Shown here piece after piece: positions 1 to 9,961 of a DNA stretch of 64,000 nucleotides. The translations under genes were made by a program, and so were the position numbers. The notes beneath the pieces are model-generated. The model was given only the letters and a program-made list of their open reading frames with translations, had not been told where the DNA came from and did no database searches. The stretch covers positions 416,001-480,000 of the forward strand of contig CAVZJB010000003.1 of assembly GCA_963775425.1 (NCBI GenBank), written 5' to 3'. This DNA is from an uncultured delta proteobacterium (GTDB lineage: Bacteria; Myxococcota; UBA727; VGSZ01). The first letter of the stretch is position 1. Each line of letters opens with the position of its first letter.

Positions 1-2
1 TC

Positions 3-437
3 GCCCACAACGACGCGTCCCGCGCCCTCGTCGTCGACCGCTACGCCCTCGACGTCGCCGTGGCCGGCGCGCGGAGGCTCGGCGACGAGCTCGGCGTGCC
101 CGTGCTCGATCACACCCGCGCGCTCGCGGTGTGGAAGTGCAAGCTCGACGAGGACCCGCGGATGGCCGCGCGCGCGCGCCTCGACGACCTCGTCAACCGC
201 GCCGATCTCAACCCCTGCCGCGCGCCCTGGGAGGTGGTGTGCGTGGAGCCCAACGGCGACGTGAAGCCGCTGTCGTTCCACCACCCCGCCGCGGGCAACC
301 TCGTCGGCGACGACCTGCTCGCGCTGTGGCGCGGTGCGCCGGGCTTCGTCGAGGCGCGGCGCACCGCGCGCGCCACGCGGCTGTGCGGGGCGGGGCCGGC
401 CACCTGCCCGCGTGACCCGGGCCCCGCGGCGTGGTGA
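3..437 (+). CDS. C-terminal part of a radical SAM/SPASM-domain protein (5' end outside window)
   Basis: Frame is open from the window edge. CRAPWEVVCVEPNGDVKP...GNL...LLALW matches the SPASM/twitch pattern. Stop overlaps the next start (GTGA). Confidence 0.65.
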   Translation, partial: AHNDASRALVVDRYALDVAVAGARRLGDELGVPVLDHTRALAVWKCKLDEDPRMAARARLDDLVNRADLNPCRAPWEVVCVEPNGDVKPLSFHHPAAGNLVGDDLLALWRGAPGFVEARRTARATRLCGAGPATCPRDPGPAAW

Positions 438-2173
438 GGGACGGCGCGCGCGTGGCGACGGAGATCGTCTACGAGGGGCGCCCCGGGGCCCGCGTCGAGG
501 TCGCCGGCGACCTGCCCGACTGGCGCGTGCCGCACGCGCTCCTCGAGGAGCGGCCGGGCCTGTACCGAAGGACCTTCGCGCTCGGGCCCGGCGTGTATCG
601 CTACAAGCTGCTCGTCGACGGCGCCTGGACCCTCGACCCGCGCTGCCCGCACGTCGACCGGAGCGAGGGCGTCGACAACAACCTGCTGGTCGTGGGCGCG
701 CCCGAGGGGCTCCCGCCCGGCGTGTTCTTCGCGCCCGACCGCCGCCACGTCGCCGCGCTGCCCGGCGGCGGCGCGCGCGTCCACGTCGAGGTCGATCTCT
801 CGCGAACGGGGGGCGTCCGGCCGGCGTCCCTCGACCTCGGCGGCGCGCGTGTGCCGCTCGTCGAGGTGCTGCGCCGCGGGGATCGCGCGTTTCTCTCGGG
901 CGTCGCTGCGGCGGCGGACGGGCCGCCGTCCTCGCGCGCTCCCGCGTGGCTCGAGGGCGCGGTGCTGTACGGGATCTTCCTCGACCGGTGGCGGCGCGGG
1001 CGCGCGTCCCCGCCCGAGCGGCGCATGCTCGCGCCCACGACGCCGTCGACGCCCTTCGTGTTCTACGGCGGCGACCTCGACGGCGTGCGCGAGCACCTGG
1101 GGTACGTCGCCGACCTCGGCGTCACCGCGGTCGCCCTCACGCCCGTCGCGCTGTCGCCGTCGCCGCACCGCTACGACGCCCAGGACCTGTTCGTCGTCGA
1201 CCCCGCCGTCGGCGGCGAGCGCGCCCTCGCCGCCCTCGTCGAGGCATCTCACCGGCGCGGGCTGAAGCTCGTGCTCGACGCGTCACTCACCCACGTGTCC
1301 GAGAAGCACCCGGCCTTCCGCGATCTGCTTGACAGGCAGCAGGCGTCGCCGACCGCGCCCTGGTTTCGCGTCAAGCGTTTCCCCGTCGTCGCGCGCGACG
1401 CGGCCACGGTCGAGCTCTACTTCAACTGCAAAGACCAGCCGTGGCTCGACCTCGCCGGCCCCGCCGCCGAGCACGCGCTCGAGGCCGCGGTCCGCCTCGT
1501 CGAGCACGGCGTCGACGGGCTCCGGCTCGACGCCATGGACGACGCGCCGCCCGCGTTCTGGGCCGCCCTGCGCGCCCGCGTCCGCGCCACCCGCGACGAC
1601 GTCCTGCTGCTCGGTGAGACCGTCACCGACGCCCTCTGGCAGCGCGCGAGCGATGTCGACGTCGTCACCGACTTCCGCATCCGTGACGCCCTCGTCGCCT
1701 TCGTCGCCCGGCGCGCCGTCGACGCGCGCGGGTTCGCCGACGCCTGGGCCTTCGCCGCGTTCCGCACCGGCCCCACCGATCCGAGCTACCGGCTCGGCTT
1801 CGTCGACAACCACGACACCGCGCGCTTCCTCTCGCTGTGCGGCGGCGACACGCGCAAGCTCCGGATCGCGCTCGCGATCCTGTTGTTCTCCGAGGAGACC
1901 GCGTGGCTGACGTACGGCACCGAGGCCCACCTCGCCGCCCACGCCGGCGAGCGCGCGCTCGACAACGCCTGGCGCGAGCGCATCGCGATGCCCGACCCCG
2001 CGTCCGTCGATACGCCCACGCGCGCGTGGGTCCGCGCCCTCTGCGCCGCGCGCCGGGAGCTCCGCGGCCGGCCCGTGCGCGTCGTGAGCGCGGACGGCGC
2101 GCGCCTGGTGCTCGAGCGCGGCTCGAGGCGGCTGCTCGTGGACGTGGACGGCGGCGAGCCGGTGCTGTCCTAG
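434..2173 (+). CDS. GH13 alpha-amylase family glycosidase (neopullulanase/maltodextrin glucosidase-like) with N-terminal CBM48/AMPK-type glycogen-binding domain
   Basis: N-terminal VEVAGD..W..LGPGVYRYKLLVDGAW; FYGGDLDGV, HRYD; catalytic motifs GLRLDA, LGET and FVDNHD. Confidence 0.9.
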   Translation: MRDGARVATEIVYEGRPGARVEVAGDLPDWRVPHALLEERPGLYRRTFALGPGVYRYKLLVDGAWTLDPRCPHVDRSEGVDNNLLVVGAPEGLPPGVFFAPDRRHVAALPGGGARVHVEVDLSRTGGVRPASLDLGGARVPLVEVLRRGDRAFLSGVAAAADGPPSSRAPAWLEGAVLYGIFLDRWRRGRASPPERRMLAPTTPSTPFVFYGGDLDGVREHLGYVADLGVTAVALTPVALSPSPHRYDAQDLFVVDPAVGGERALAALVEASHRRGLKLVLDASLTHVSEKHPAFRDLLDRQQASPTAPWFRVKRFPVVARDAATVELYFNCKDQPWLDLAGPAAEHALEAAVRLVEHGVDGLRLDAMDDAPPAFWAALRARVRATRDDVLLLGETVTDALWQRASDVDVVTDFRIRDALVAFVARRAVDARGFADAWAFAAFRTGPTDPSYRLGFVDNHDTARFLSLCGGDTRKLRIALAILLFSEETAWLTYGTEAHLAAHAGERALDNAWRERIAMPDPASVDTPTRAWVRALCAARRELRGRPVRVVSADGARLVLERGSRRLLVDVDGGEPVLS

Positions 2174-2796
2174 ACGGCGACCCAGGAGAGGTCGCCCGCG
2201 CCCTCGCGCACGACGACGGGGTAGGGGCCCGTGAGGTCCACCACCGACGACGGCGGCCGATCGATGTGGTCGGCGTCGACGATGAGGTCGAGGCCGTGGC
2301 CCATGTGCAGGTTGATCTCGTCGGCGTTGAGCAACGTCTTGTTGTTCACCGTGGTCGACGTGGACACGATGGGCTTGGCGAACGCTCGCGCCAACGCCAG
2401 CGTCACGGGATGATCGGGGACGCGGATGCCCACGGTCTTGCGCTTGCTCTGCAGCATGCGCGGCACCTCGGGCGTGGCCCGCAGGATGAACGTGTACGGG
2501 CCCGGCAGGAGCCGCTTCATGATGCGGTAGGCCTCGTTCTCGACGAGGGCATAGCGCGCGATGTCCGAGAGGTCCGGGCACACGAAGCTCAGCAGGTGGT
2601 CGCGCTTGAGGCCCTTCAGCAAGTAGATGCGGTCGATGGCGCGCTTGTCGAAGATGCTGCAGCCGATGCCGTAGGTGGTGTCGGTCGGGTACGCGATCAC
2701 GCCCCCCCGCTCGAGCGTTTCGACGGCGCGCTGGATCTTTCGCGGCTCGGGAAAGTCTTTGTTGACGACGAGCCGGAGACAGGTGCTGTGGGCCAT
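2170..2796 (-). CDS. YrdC/Sua5/YciO family (L-threonylcarbamoyladenylate synthase-like) protein
   Basis: GGVIAYPTDTTYGIGC, LPGPYTFIL, TVGIRVPDHP, PSSVVDLT and VVREGAG motifs. Start placed at ATG 2796. Confidence 0.9.
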   Translation of the reverse strand: MAHSTCLRLVVNKDFPEPRKIQRAVETLERGGVIAYPTDTTYGIGCSIFDKRAIDRIYLLKGLKRDHLLSFVCPDLSDIARYALVENEAYRIMKRLLPGPYTFILRATPEVPRMLQSKRKTVGIRVPDHPVTLALARAFAKPIVSTSTTVNNKTLLNADEINLHMGHGLDLIVDADHIDRPPSSVVDLTGPYPVVVREGAGDLSWVAV

Positions 2797-2939
2797 GAGT
2801 CCGCTCGCTTGCCATCCCGCAGAATGCGGCGCAACCCCGTGTGGCATCATGGTGCCCCCGCGCGGCGCCGCGGATCCCCGCGCGCCGGGTGGTGTTGCCT
2901 CGCCCGCCTGCGCGACTACGCTGCGCTTGAGGTGCATCG

Positions 2940-3518
2940 ATGTCCGAGGAGCCCCGCGAGCCCGACGAGGTCGAAAGCGGCGACGACGCCGGGAACGACG
3001 GCGAGAAGAAGGCGCGCTTCAACCTCGAGGTGGCGGGGGAGAACGCGTCCGAGGCCGTCGCCAAGCTGAAGAAGAACGTGCAGTACTGGGTGGAGCGCGG
3101 GCGCTTCAACAAGGTGCGCATCAAGCGCGCCGGCAAGCCGGTGCTCCCGGACATCCCCGTGGGGGCGCTGGTGGCCTTCGAGGCGGCCACGTTCTTCTGG
3201 ACCGGCCTGTTGCGCGCGGCCATCGTCAACGTCGTCGGCCGCGTGTTCTTCGAGGTCGAGCTCATCAACGAGGCCGACGAGCACTACAAAAAGGGCGTGG
3301 AGCACTTCCTCGCCGGCGATCTCGCCGAGGCGGAGACGCACCTCGAAAAGGCCCTGCGCGTCGACGACCGCCACGCCAAGGCCCACCTGCAGATGGGCGT
3401 GCTGCGCAAGGTGCAGGGCAGGCGCGACGTCGCCCGCACCCACTTCGAGCGCGCGCGCGCGCTGGCCCCGCGGACCGACGTCGCCCGCGAGGCCGAGGTG
3501 CACCTCAAGAAGATGTAG
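2940..3518 (+). CDS. TPR protein with DUF4342-like N-terminal domain
   Basis: KVRIKRAGKPVLPDIPV plus a hydrophobic stretch, then TPR helices (AETHLEKALRVD..HAKAHLQMG; ARTHFERARALAP). Typical GC3 codon bias. Confidence 0.75.
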   Translation: MSEEPREPDEVESGDDAGNDGEKKARFNLEVAGENASEAVAKLKKNVQYWVERGRFNKVRIKRAGKPVLPDIPVGALVAFEAATFFWTGLLRAAIVNVVGRVFFEVELINEADEHYKKGVEHFLAGDLAEAETHLEKALRVDDRHAKAHLQMGVLRKVQGRRDVARTHFERARALAPRTDVAREAEVHLKKM

Positions 3519-3522
3519 GGCG

Positions 3523-3566
3523 CGTTACGGCGAGCCCCGTTACGGCGAGCCCCGTTACGGCGAGCC
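3523..3566. repeat. 15-bp tandem repeat CGTTACGGCGAGCCC x3 between convergent genes
   Basis: Copies start at 3523, 3538 and 3553. The last copy contains the TAA stop of the minus-strand gene ending at 3555. Confidence 0.9.
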
Positions 3567-4196
3567 GGGCCCGGTCTTCACCTGGAACAGGGGAAGGCGG
3601 CCGACCTCTTTGCCGTCGAGGTCCACGACATAGAAGTAGGGCCCGGCGAGGTTGAACATGGGCGCCGGGTACTCGAGCACGTGATCGATCTTGTCGCGGC
3701 CGCGGAAGTCGATGACGTCCTCGGCGCTGGCGACGCGGACGTTGCGTGCGTCGACGATGGCGATGTGCATGTTCATCTCGCGGCCGGCCTTGGACGCCAG
3801 CGTGAGGCAGACCTCGAACGGCTTGCCCTTGGCGGGGACGTCGTCGAAGTCCCACTCGACCACCTTCTTCTTGTCGCGGCCGGCGGGCTGGCAGCCGCGC
3901 TTCCTGTCCTGGTTGATGTGCTCGGCTGCGAACACCCCGAGGAGCTTCACGGGCGCGTTCTTGTCGACCTTGTCGACCTTCTCGGAGAGGCCCTTGCCCG
4001 CCGACGTCTTCGCCGACATCCCGTCGGTGGCCTTCTTCATGGCGTCGAGGTTGGTGGGCTTGGGAGGCGCGCCGAAGAGGTCGTCGAAGTCCGACTTGTC
4101 CCCCTTGTTCTTGTCGTCGGCGAGGGCCGGCAGGGCACCGAGGGACAGCGTCAGGAAGAGTGCGAGAATGCGCATGGGCGACTCCGTCGTCACCAT
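3555..4196 (-). CDS. Secreted hypothetical protein (beta-rich C-terminal domain)
   Basis: Signal peptide MRILALFLTLSLGALPALA (alternative start 4175). Lys/Asp-rich composition and normal codon bias. Confidence 0.75.
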   Translation of the reverse strand: MVTTESPMRILALFLTLSLGALPALADDKNKGDKSDFDDLFGAPPKPTNLDAMKKATDGMSAKTSAGKGLSEKVDKVDKNAPVKLLGVFAAEHINQDRKRGCQPAGRDKKKVVEWDFDDVPAKGKPFEVCLTLASKAGREMNMHIAIVDARNVRVASAEDVIDFRGRDKIDHVLEYPAPMFNLAGPYFYVVDLDGKEVGRLPLFQVKTGPGSP

Positions 4197-4237
4197 ATCA
4201 GACGCCGGGGACCGCGGCCGCCTTCAGCCACCGGCGC

Positions 4238-4690
4238 TCAGGGCCGCGGGACGCCGGGGTTGGTGACGGCGCGGCGGCGGTCCAGCGTGTTGCGGAGCCG
4301 GCGGGTCAGGACCTTGATGATGCCCTGCGCGATCTCGGCCTTCTCGGCGAGGATCTCGTGGAAGTCGTCCCGGTGGATCTTCAGCAGCGTGACGTTCACC
4401 TGGGCCGACGCCGACGCCGACCGCGGCTCGCTGTCGAGCAGCGCCATCTCGCCGAAGACCTGCCGCTCGCCGAGGATGGCGAGGTCTTCGCCGGCGGTGT
4501 GGATGCGCACCTTGCCGTCGATGACGAAGTAGAGCGTGTCGCCGGGATCCCCCTCGTGGAAGATCTCGTCGCCCTCCTCGTACTGCACCTCGTCGGTGAT
4601 GAGGGCGATCTGGGAAAGGTCCTCACCGGGGATCTGCGAGAACAGATCGATGCTCTTGAGGAAGAGGACCTTCTCGACCGTGGAAATCAC
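4238..4690 (-). CDS. Stand-alone cyclic nucleotide-binding domain protein
   Basis: IFHEGDPGDTLYFVIDGKV...FGEMALLDSEPRSASA phosphate-binding cassette. GTGA overlap with the upstream transporter. Confidence 0.92.
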   Translation of the reverse strand: MISTVEKVLFLKSIDLFSQIPGEDLSQIALITDEVQYEEGDEIFHEGDPGDTLYFVIDGKVRIHTAGEDLAILGERQVFGEMALLDSEPRSASASAQVNVTLLKIHRDDFHEILAEKAEIAQGIIKVLTRRLRNTLDRRRAVTNPGVPRP

Positions 4691-7599
4691 GCGGTCGCAG
4701 CATCCGGCGGCCTCGACTGTGCGTCAAGCATCGGCCGGACCTGGCTCTGCAGCCAGTCGATGGTCTTCCTCACGACGCGGTCGCGGTCGTCGTCGAGCTC
4801 GACGCAGCGTTCGTAGAGCTCGGCCGGCGGCGCCATCACGGCGAAGGTGCGCAGCGCGGTCTCGCGCACGATGGCCTCGGGGTGGCGCAGGTGCGCCGAG
4901 ACGATGTGCTTGAAGCGATTGAGGCCGAGCTCGCCGGTGACGTGCAGGGCGACGATGACGAGCCAGGGATCGCGGCCGGTGAGGTACCCCTCGATCCAGT
5001 CCTGCGGCGCCTTGCGCGCGAGCTTGTACAGCTCGGAGCCGCGCGCGAGGACGCGCTCGCGCGGGCCGTCCTCGACGAGCGGGAGCACCCGCCGCTTCTC
5101 CTCGGCGTCCAGCAGGTTGTCGAGCACCTCGACGGCGTTGGAGCGGGTGGTGGCCTGCGTGCTCTTGAGGTTGGCGTGGATGAGCTCGATGGCCTTGAGC
5201 GGGTAGACGATGGCGAGCAGCCGGAAGACGCGGTCGAGGCTGCGCGCGAGCCGCTCCTCGATGGCGTCGCGCAGGAGGTTCGGCCCGTCGTGGCCGGCGA
5301 TGGGCTGGAGGTCTTCGAGCGCGGCGAGGTTCTGGTAGTGCTCACGGATCTCTTCGTCGACGAGCGTGCGCACCCTCGCCTCGTCGATGCGCGAGCCCAG
5401 CCGGTCGCGCAGGCGCGCGGCCGCGCGCGCGGCCTCCCGCCGCGTGTCGGGGTCGCGCACGGAGAGGCTCGTCATGAGGACGTCGAGGCACCTCTGTGTC
5501 CCGATGCGCTCGAGGATGCGCGGGACCTGCCGCCGCAGCGTGGGCTCCTCGCGCTCCTGCGCCAGCACCTTGCCGAGCACGTCCACGACGGGCTCGCCGT
5601 AGCTGGCGAGGGCGAGGGACGCGGCGCGGGCGGTGTCGCGCTGGCCGAGCTTGTAGACCAGCGCGGGGATGAGCTCGGGGGAGCACATGGCGGCGGCGGC
5701 GGCGATGGCGGCGTTTTGCACGCGCGCGCTCGGGTCGCGCATGAGCGCGAGCGCAGGCTGATAGAAATTCTTCACGCCGATGTCGCGCAGGACGCCTGCG
5801 GCGGCGAAGCGCACCGCCTCCTCCGGCGAGGTCTGCATCTCCTTGAGGTGCTCCGCGGACAAGAGGATTCCCTCGAGGCCGCCGTGCTTGATGAGCGACG
5901 CCACGGCGGCTCCCCGCACCTGCGGCGCGTCGCTCTTCAACATGTCCTTCACCACCCGCAGCGCGGGCTCGCCGACGATGGCGCAGAAGGCGCGGACGGC
6001 GGCGGCGCGCACCTCGTCGTCCGGGTCGGAGAACAGCGCGTGGATCCGCTCGGAGGCGCCGATGGAGGAGCTGATGGCCAGGATCTCGAGCGCGCGCACG
6101 CGCAGGTCCGGATCCTTGTGCCCGAGGAGCCGGACGACGTCGGCGGTGAGGTCGTGGCCCTGCACGCGCCGCGCGAGCTCCACGGCGTTCCTCACCTCCG
6201 CGGGGTTCTGGCTCTTCAGCGTGCGGCGCAGCACCGCCACCGTGGCCTCGTCGCCGATCACGAGCGTCTTCTCCGAGAAGTCGAGCCGGCGCTTGCGCAG
6301 CGTGTTCAACAGCTCGGTGACGTACTCGCGGCGAATCAGGAGGATCAGGGCGATCCACAGGCCCGTGAGCGCCGCCGCCACGAACGCCAACGCGGTGAGC
6401 GGCAGGCCGAGCGGCCCCACGAGCGCCACCATGGCGCCGCCGGCGATCCCGCCCGAGACCGGTTTGACGATGCCGTCTATGAAGGTCTTGGCCCGCCCGC
6501 GCACGTGTCCCGGGACCGGCGTGTAGATGACTTGCATGGTGGCGTCGTAGATCGAGTAGCGGAACGAGTTCTCGCAGCCCTTGGTGTACACGGCCCACAC
6601 GAACGCCGTGCCGACGACGGTGGTGATCATCCCGCTCAGGCCCAGGAGCAGCATGGCAGGCAACACGAGCAGCGACACCACGACGCCGAACCGCTCGAGG
6701 ATGCGGCCGGTGAGGCCGAGCTGCATCACCGCTGCGACGACGCCGGTGACGGCGGAGAACGCGCCCATGAACGCCGACAGCGCGTCGGTGTGGACGGCGT
6801 GGGTGACGGCGTCGGTGAAGTGCACCTTGGCCAACACCTTGAACTGGTAGTCGATGAGCGGGACGGTGATGAAGGTGGCCACCGTCATGCCGGCGATGAT
6901 GCGCAGGTGCTTGCTGGCGAAGACGTCCACCACCTGGCTCGTCACCTGGAACTTCTGGACCTTCTTGCCTGCGCCCTGCTTCTGGATCACGGCTTCGCGC
7001 AGCCGCGTCTTCTCGAGGGCGCCGAGGCGCGCGACGACGGCCGCGCAGCCACCGATGAGAACGATCATCACCCACAGGAGGTTCTCGGTGCCGATGACCT
7101 TGACGAGCCCGGAGACGCCGGCGCCGCAGACGATGCCGGCGAAGACGCCGCCGGCGCCGATGAACGGAAAGAGCCGCTTGGCCTCGCGCGAGCTGAACAT
7201 GTCGCCCGCGAACGTCCAGAATTGCAGCATCAGGAAGATGCCGATGACCTCGACGTAGTTGTAGAGCACCACGTAGCCGACCTTGGGGGCGAGCATGACG
7301 AGGATGCGGCAGGAGAGCAGGCCGACGGCGATGAGCCCGAGGGTGCCGAGGATGAGCTTGTCGCGGCGGAAGCGGTCGGCGATCCGCGCGTACAGATATG
7401 CCGGCAGCGGCAGCACCACCGCCACCGAGATGTACATGTAGGCGAGCACGTCCTTGGAGAAGACGGTGAGGAAGAGCGAGTCGCGCGCGATGCGCCCCAT
7501 GATGAACGCCGACACCGCCAGCAGGAGGTACCCGGCCATCAGGAAGACCTTGCCGGCCTCGCCGGGGCGGATCTTGAGCGCCTGAAGGATCGCGTTCAC
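4687..7599 (-). CDS. Npt1/TLC-family nucleotide transporter fused to HEAT repeats
   Basis: About 12 TM segments with RDSLFL, QFW..AGDMFSSREAKRLFP, DYQFK and RGRAK.FID motifs. C-terminal HEAT repeats (DPDDEVRAAAVRA). Confidence 0.88.
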   Translation of the reverse strand: MNAILQALKIRPGEAGKVFLMAGYLLLAVSAFIMGRIARDSLFLTVFSKDVLAYMYISVAVVLPLPAYLYARIADRFRRDKLILGTLGLIAVGLLSCRILVMLAPKVGYVVLYNYVEVIGIFLMLQFWTFAGDMFSSREAKRLFPFIGAGGVFAGIVCGAGVSGLVKVIGTENLLWVMIVLIGGCAAVVARLGALEKTRLREAVIQKQGAGKKVQKFQVTSQVVDVFASKHLRIIAGMTVATFITVPLIDYQFKVLAKVHFTDAVTHAVHTDALSAFMGAFSAVTGVVAAVMQLGLTGRILERFGVVVSLLVLPAMLLLGLSGMITTVVGTAFVWAVYTKGCENSFRYSIYDATMQVIYTPVPGHVRGRAKTFIDGIVKPVSGGIAGGAMVALVGPLGLPLTALAFVAAALTGLWIALILLIRREYVTELLNTLRKRRLDFSEKTLVIGDEATVAVLRRTLKSQNPAEVRNAVELARRVQGHDLTADVVRLLGHKDPDLRVRALEILAISSSIGASERIHALFSDPDDEVRAAAVRAFCAIVGEPALRVVKDMLKSDAPQVRGAAVASLIKHGGLEGILLSAEHLKEMQTSPEEAVRFAAAGVLRDIGVKNFYQPALALMRDPSARVQNAAIAAAAAMCSPELIPALVYKLGQRDTARAASLALASYGEPVVDVLGKVLAQEREEPTLRRQVPRILERIGTQRCLDVLMTSLSVRDPDTRREAARAAARLRDRLGSRIDEARVRTLVDEEIREHYQNLAALEDLQPIAGHDGPNLLRDAIEERLARSLDRVFRLLAIVYPLKAIELIHANLKSTQATTRSNAVEVLDNLLDAEEKRRVLPLVEDGPRERVLARGSELYKLARKAPQDWIEGYLTGRDPWLVIVALHVTGELGLNRFKHIVSAHLRHPEAIVRETALRTFAVMAPPAELYERCVELDDDRDRVVRKTIDWLQSQVRPMLDAQSRPPDAATA

Positions 7600-7705
7600 G
7601 GCAGGACTCTACAGCGACGCGCCGTCGCCCGAGCCCTTGCGCTTGTCTGGTGCGACCGCGCCGGTTTTTTGCGCCCACCGGGGCAGTTGCGCTACCGATG
7701 GAGCC

Positions 7706-8663
7706 ATGCAGCGCCCCCCGCTCGCCGGCCTCGCTCTCGTCGTCGCGGCCGCCGGTGTGGTCGCCGGCGCCGCCGGGTGCGCGACCACGGCTCCGGCCGC
7801 GACGGCCCCCGCGGCCGCCGCCGCCCACGCGCGCGAGGACGACGTCAGCGTCCTCAAGGAGCGCGTCTCCCGCCTCGAGCGGCGCCTCGCCGACGTCGAC
7901 ACCAAGCTCGCGCTCCTGCTGGCGCAGCGCCGCGCGCGCGCCGACGACCACGCCGTCGCGCGGCGCCCGGTGGACCTCGGGCCCCGCGATTCTGATCGTC
8001 GATGAGCCCGCGCCCGAAGAGGCGTCCCTCGGGGCGCGCTCGAGCAGATCGGCGCCCGAAGGGATCGGCCGCGCGGGCTCGCGGTCCATCGACCTCGCCA
8101 CGCACCCGTCGCCGTACGCGGACGCGCCGGAGCCCGCCGTCGACGACGCCTACACCGGGGCGGGGCAGGCCGACGACGGACCGCCCATCGTCATCAAGAT
8201 CAACGGCGACGCCCCCCGCGACAGCGTGGTGCGTCCGAGCCGCGGCTCGAGCGGCGGGCTCGACCTCGGCACATCGAGCGGGCTGCCCGTCAAGGAGCGC
8301 TACGACGAGGCCATGGCGGAGATGAAGGCGGGCCGCACCCTCGAGGCCATCGCGGTCTTCGAGGACATCGCCGCCCGCCACCCCAAGCACGACCTCGCCG
8401 ACAACGCCGTGTATTGGACGGGCTTCTGCCACCAGACGCGCGGCGACCACAAGCTCGCCATCGACGTCTGGCAGAAGCTGCCGATGAAGTACCCCCGCAG
8501 CGCCAAGATCCCCGACGCGCTCTTCGGGATGGCGGTCTCCGAGGAGGCGCTCGGCGAGCCGGCGGTGGCCGAGACGCTCTACGCCCAGATCGTCAGCCGG
8601 TACCCGAGGGCGGAGAAGGTGCGAGAGGCGCGAAAGGCCCTCGAGCGCCTGCGGCCGAGATGA
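7706..8663 (+). pseudogene. cpoB: CpoB/YbgF tol-pal-associated lipoprotein interrupted by a +1 frameshift near 7990 (pseudogene or sequencing error)
   Basis: First frame gives lipobox AAGC and a coiled coil, stopping at 8005. Second frame gives the YbgF TPR (HDLADNAVYW, YPRSAKIPDAL). Removing one T at 7990-7991 joins them as GPRDLIVDEP. Confidence 0.75.
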
Positions 8664-8728
8664 CGGACAAAAATTTGGGTGGGGCGCGGGCGACGCTTAG
8701 TCTCGGGGTGATCCCGTAGGGGTAATGC

Positions 8729-9877
8729 ATGCGACGTCTGCTTCCGCTCCTGGCTCTCACGATCGCCCCGCTCGTCCACGCACAGGACGAGGGCGGCGAC
8801 CAGCCCGCGACCGACGAAAACGCCGGCGCCGAGGAAGGAGAGAGCACCGACGAAGGCGCCAAGGCCGACACGTTCGGCGGCGGCAACGACACCGGCAACA
8901 AAGAGGAGAAGGCCCTCAAGGTCGACGAGAGCGAGACGCCGTCGTCCGCGCCGGAGCAATATACGGTGCAACCCGGCGACACCCTGTGGGGGCTGTCCCA
9001 GCGCTTCCTCAACAACCCTTGGTACTGGCCGAAGATCTGGTCCTACAACCAGACCATCGACAACCCGAACTGGATCCACCCCGGCACGGTCTTGCGCTTC
9101 TACCCCGGTGAGACGCCGGTCGAGCAGGTGCAGGACCAGGACGAGGAGCCCGACTTCGAAAACATCGACGAAGGCGGCGGGTTCGAGGTGAGCCAGCCCA
9201 TCGACACGCACCTCAACGAGGGCTCGGACACGCGGCGGCGCGAGTTCTTCATCCCGTCCGAGCGGCTCGAGGACTCGGGCGAGATCGAGAACTCGCCCGA
9301 GGAAAAAGAGATGCTCGTCACCGCCGATCGCGTCTACGTCAAGCTCAAGAAGGGCGGGCCCGGGGACGTCTTCCAGATCTTCCGCAAGGAGCGCGAGCTG
9401 CGGCACCCCGTCACGGGCGCCACGGTCGGCACCATCGTCACCGAGGTCGGCGAGGTCCGCATCGACCAGACGGGCAGGGAGGAGAGCCTCGGCACCGTCG
9501 TCACCGCCTGGGATCCCATCGAGCGCGGCTATTACGTGGCCAACCTCCCGGTGCGCACCGACCCGGTGAAGCGCGTCGAGAACTCCAAGAACGTGAAGGG
9601 TTACGTCGTCGACGCCGCGCCGGCGCCGCTGTCGTTCATGGGCGAGAGCTACATAGCGGTCGTCGACAAGGGCAGCCGTGACGGCGTGCAGGTGGGCAAC
9701 ACCTTCACCATCGTGCGCGCCGGCGACCCCTACACCAAGGAGTACTCGGGCATGGCGGACGAGGACATCGGCGAGATCATCGTCGTCGAGGTCTTCGACA
9801 ACGCCTCCACCGGCCTGTTGCTCGCGGCGTCCCGGGTGATCGTCCCCGGCGACCGCGTCGAGATGCGCACCAAATAG
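8729..9877 (+). CDS. LysM peptidoglycan-binding protein, TsaP-like (type IV pilus secretin-associated)
   Basis: Signal peptide; LysM YTVQPGDTLWGLS; TsaP-type NPWYWPKIWSYN..IDNPNWIHPG; C-terminal VDKGSRDGVQVG. Confidence 0.85.
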   Translation: MRRLLPLLALTIAPLVHAQDEGGDQPATDENAGAEEGESTDEGAKADTFGGGNDTGNKEEKALKVDESETPSSAPEQYTVQPGDTLWGLSQRFLNNPWYWPKIWSYNQTIDNPNWIHPGTVLRFYPGETPVEQVQDQDEEPDFENIDEGGGFEVSQPIDTHLNEGSDTRRREFFIPSERLEDSGEIENSPEEKEMLVTADRVYVKLKKGGPGDVFQIFRKERELRHPVTGATVGTIVTEVGEVRIDQTGREESLGTVVTAWDPIERGYYVANLPVRTDPVKRVENSKNVKGYVVDAAPAPLSFMGESYIAVVDKGSRDGVQVGNTFTIVRAGDPYTKEYSGMADEDIGEIIVVEVFDNASTGLLLAASRVIVPGDRVEMRTK

Positions 9878-9961
9878 CCGACGCTCCGCGTCGTGACGCG
9901 GTCGGATTCCAGCTCTACGCCCGCGCGGCATGGACGCCGAGCGGGCTGCTACACTGCCTGG

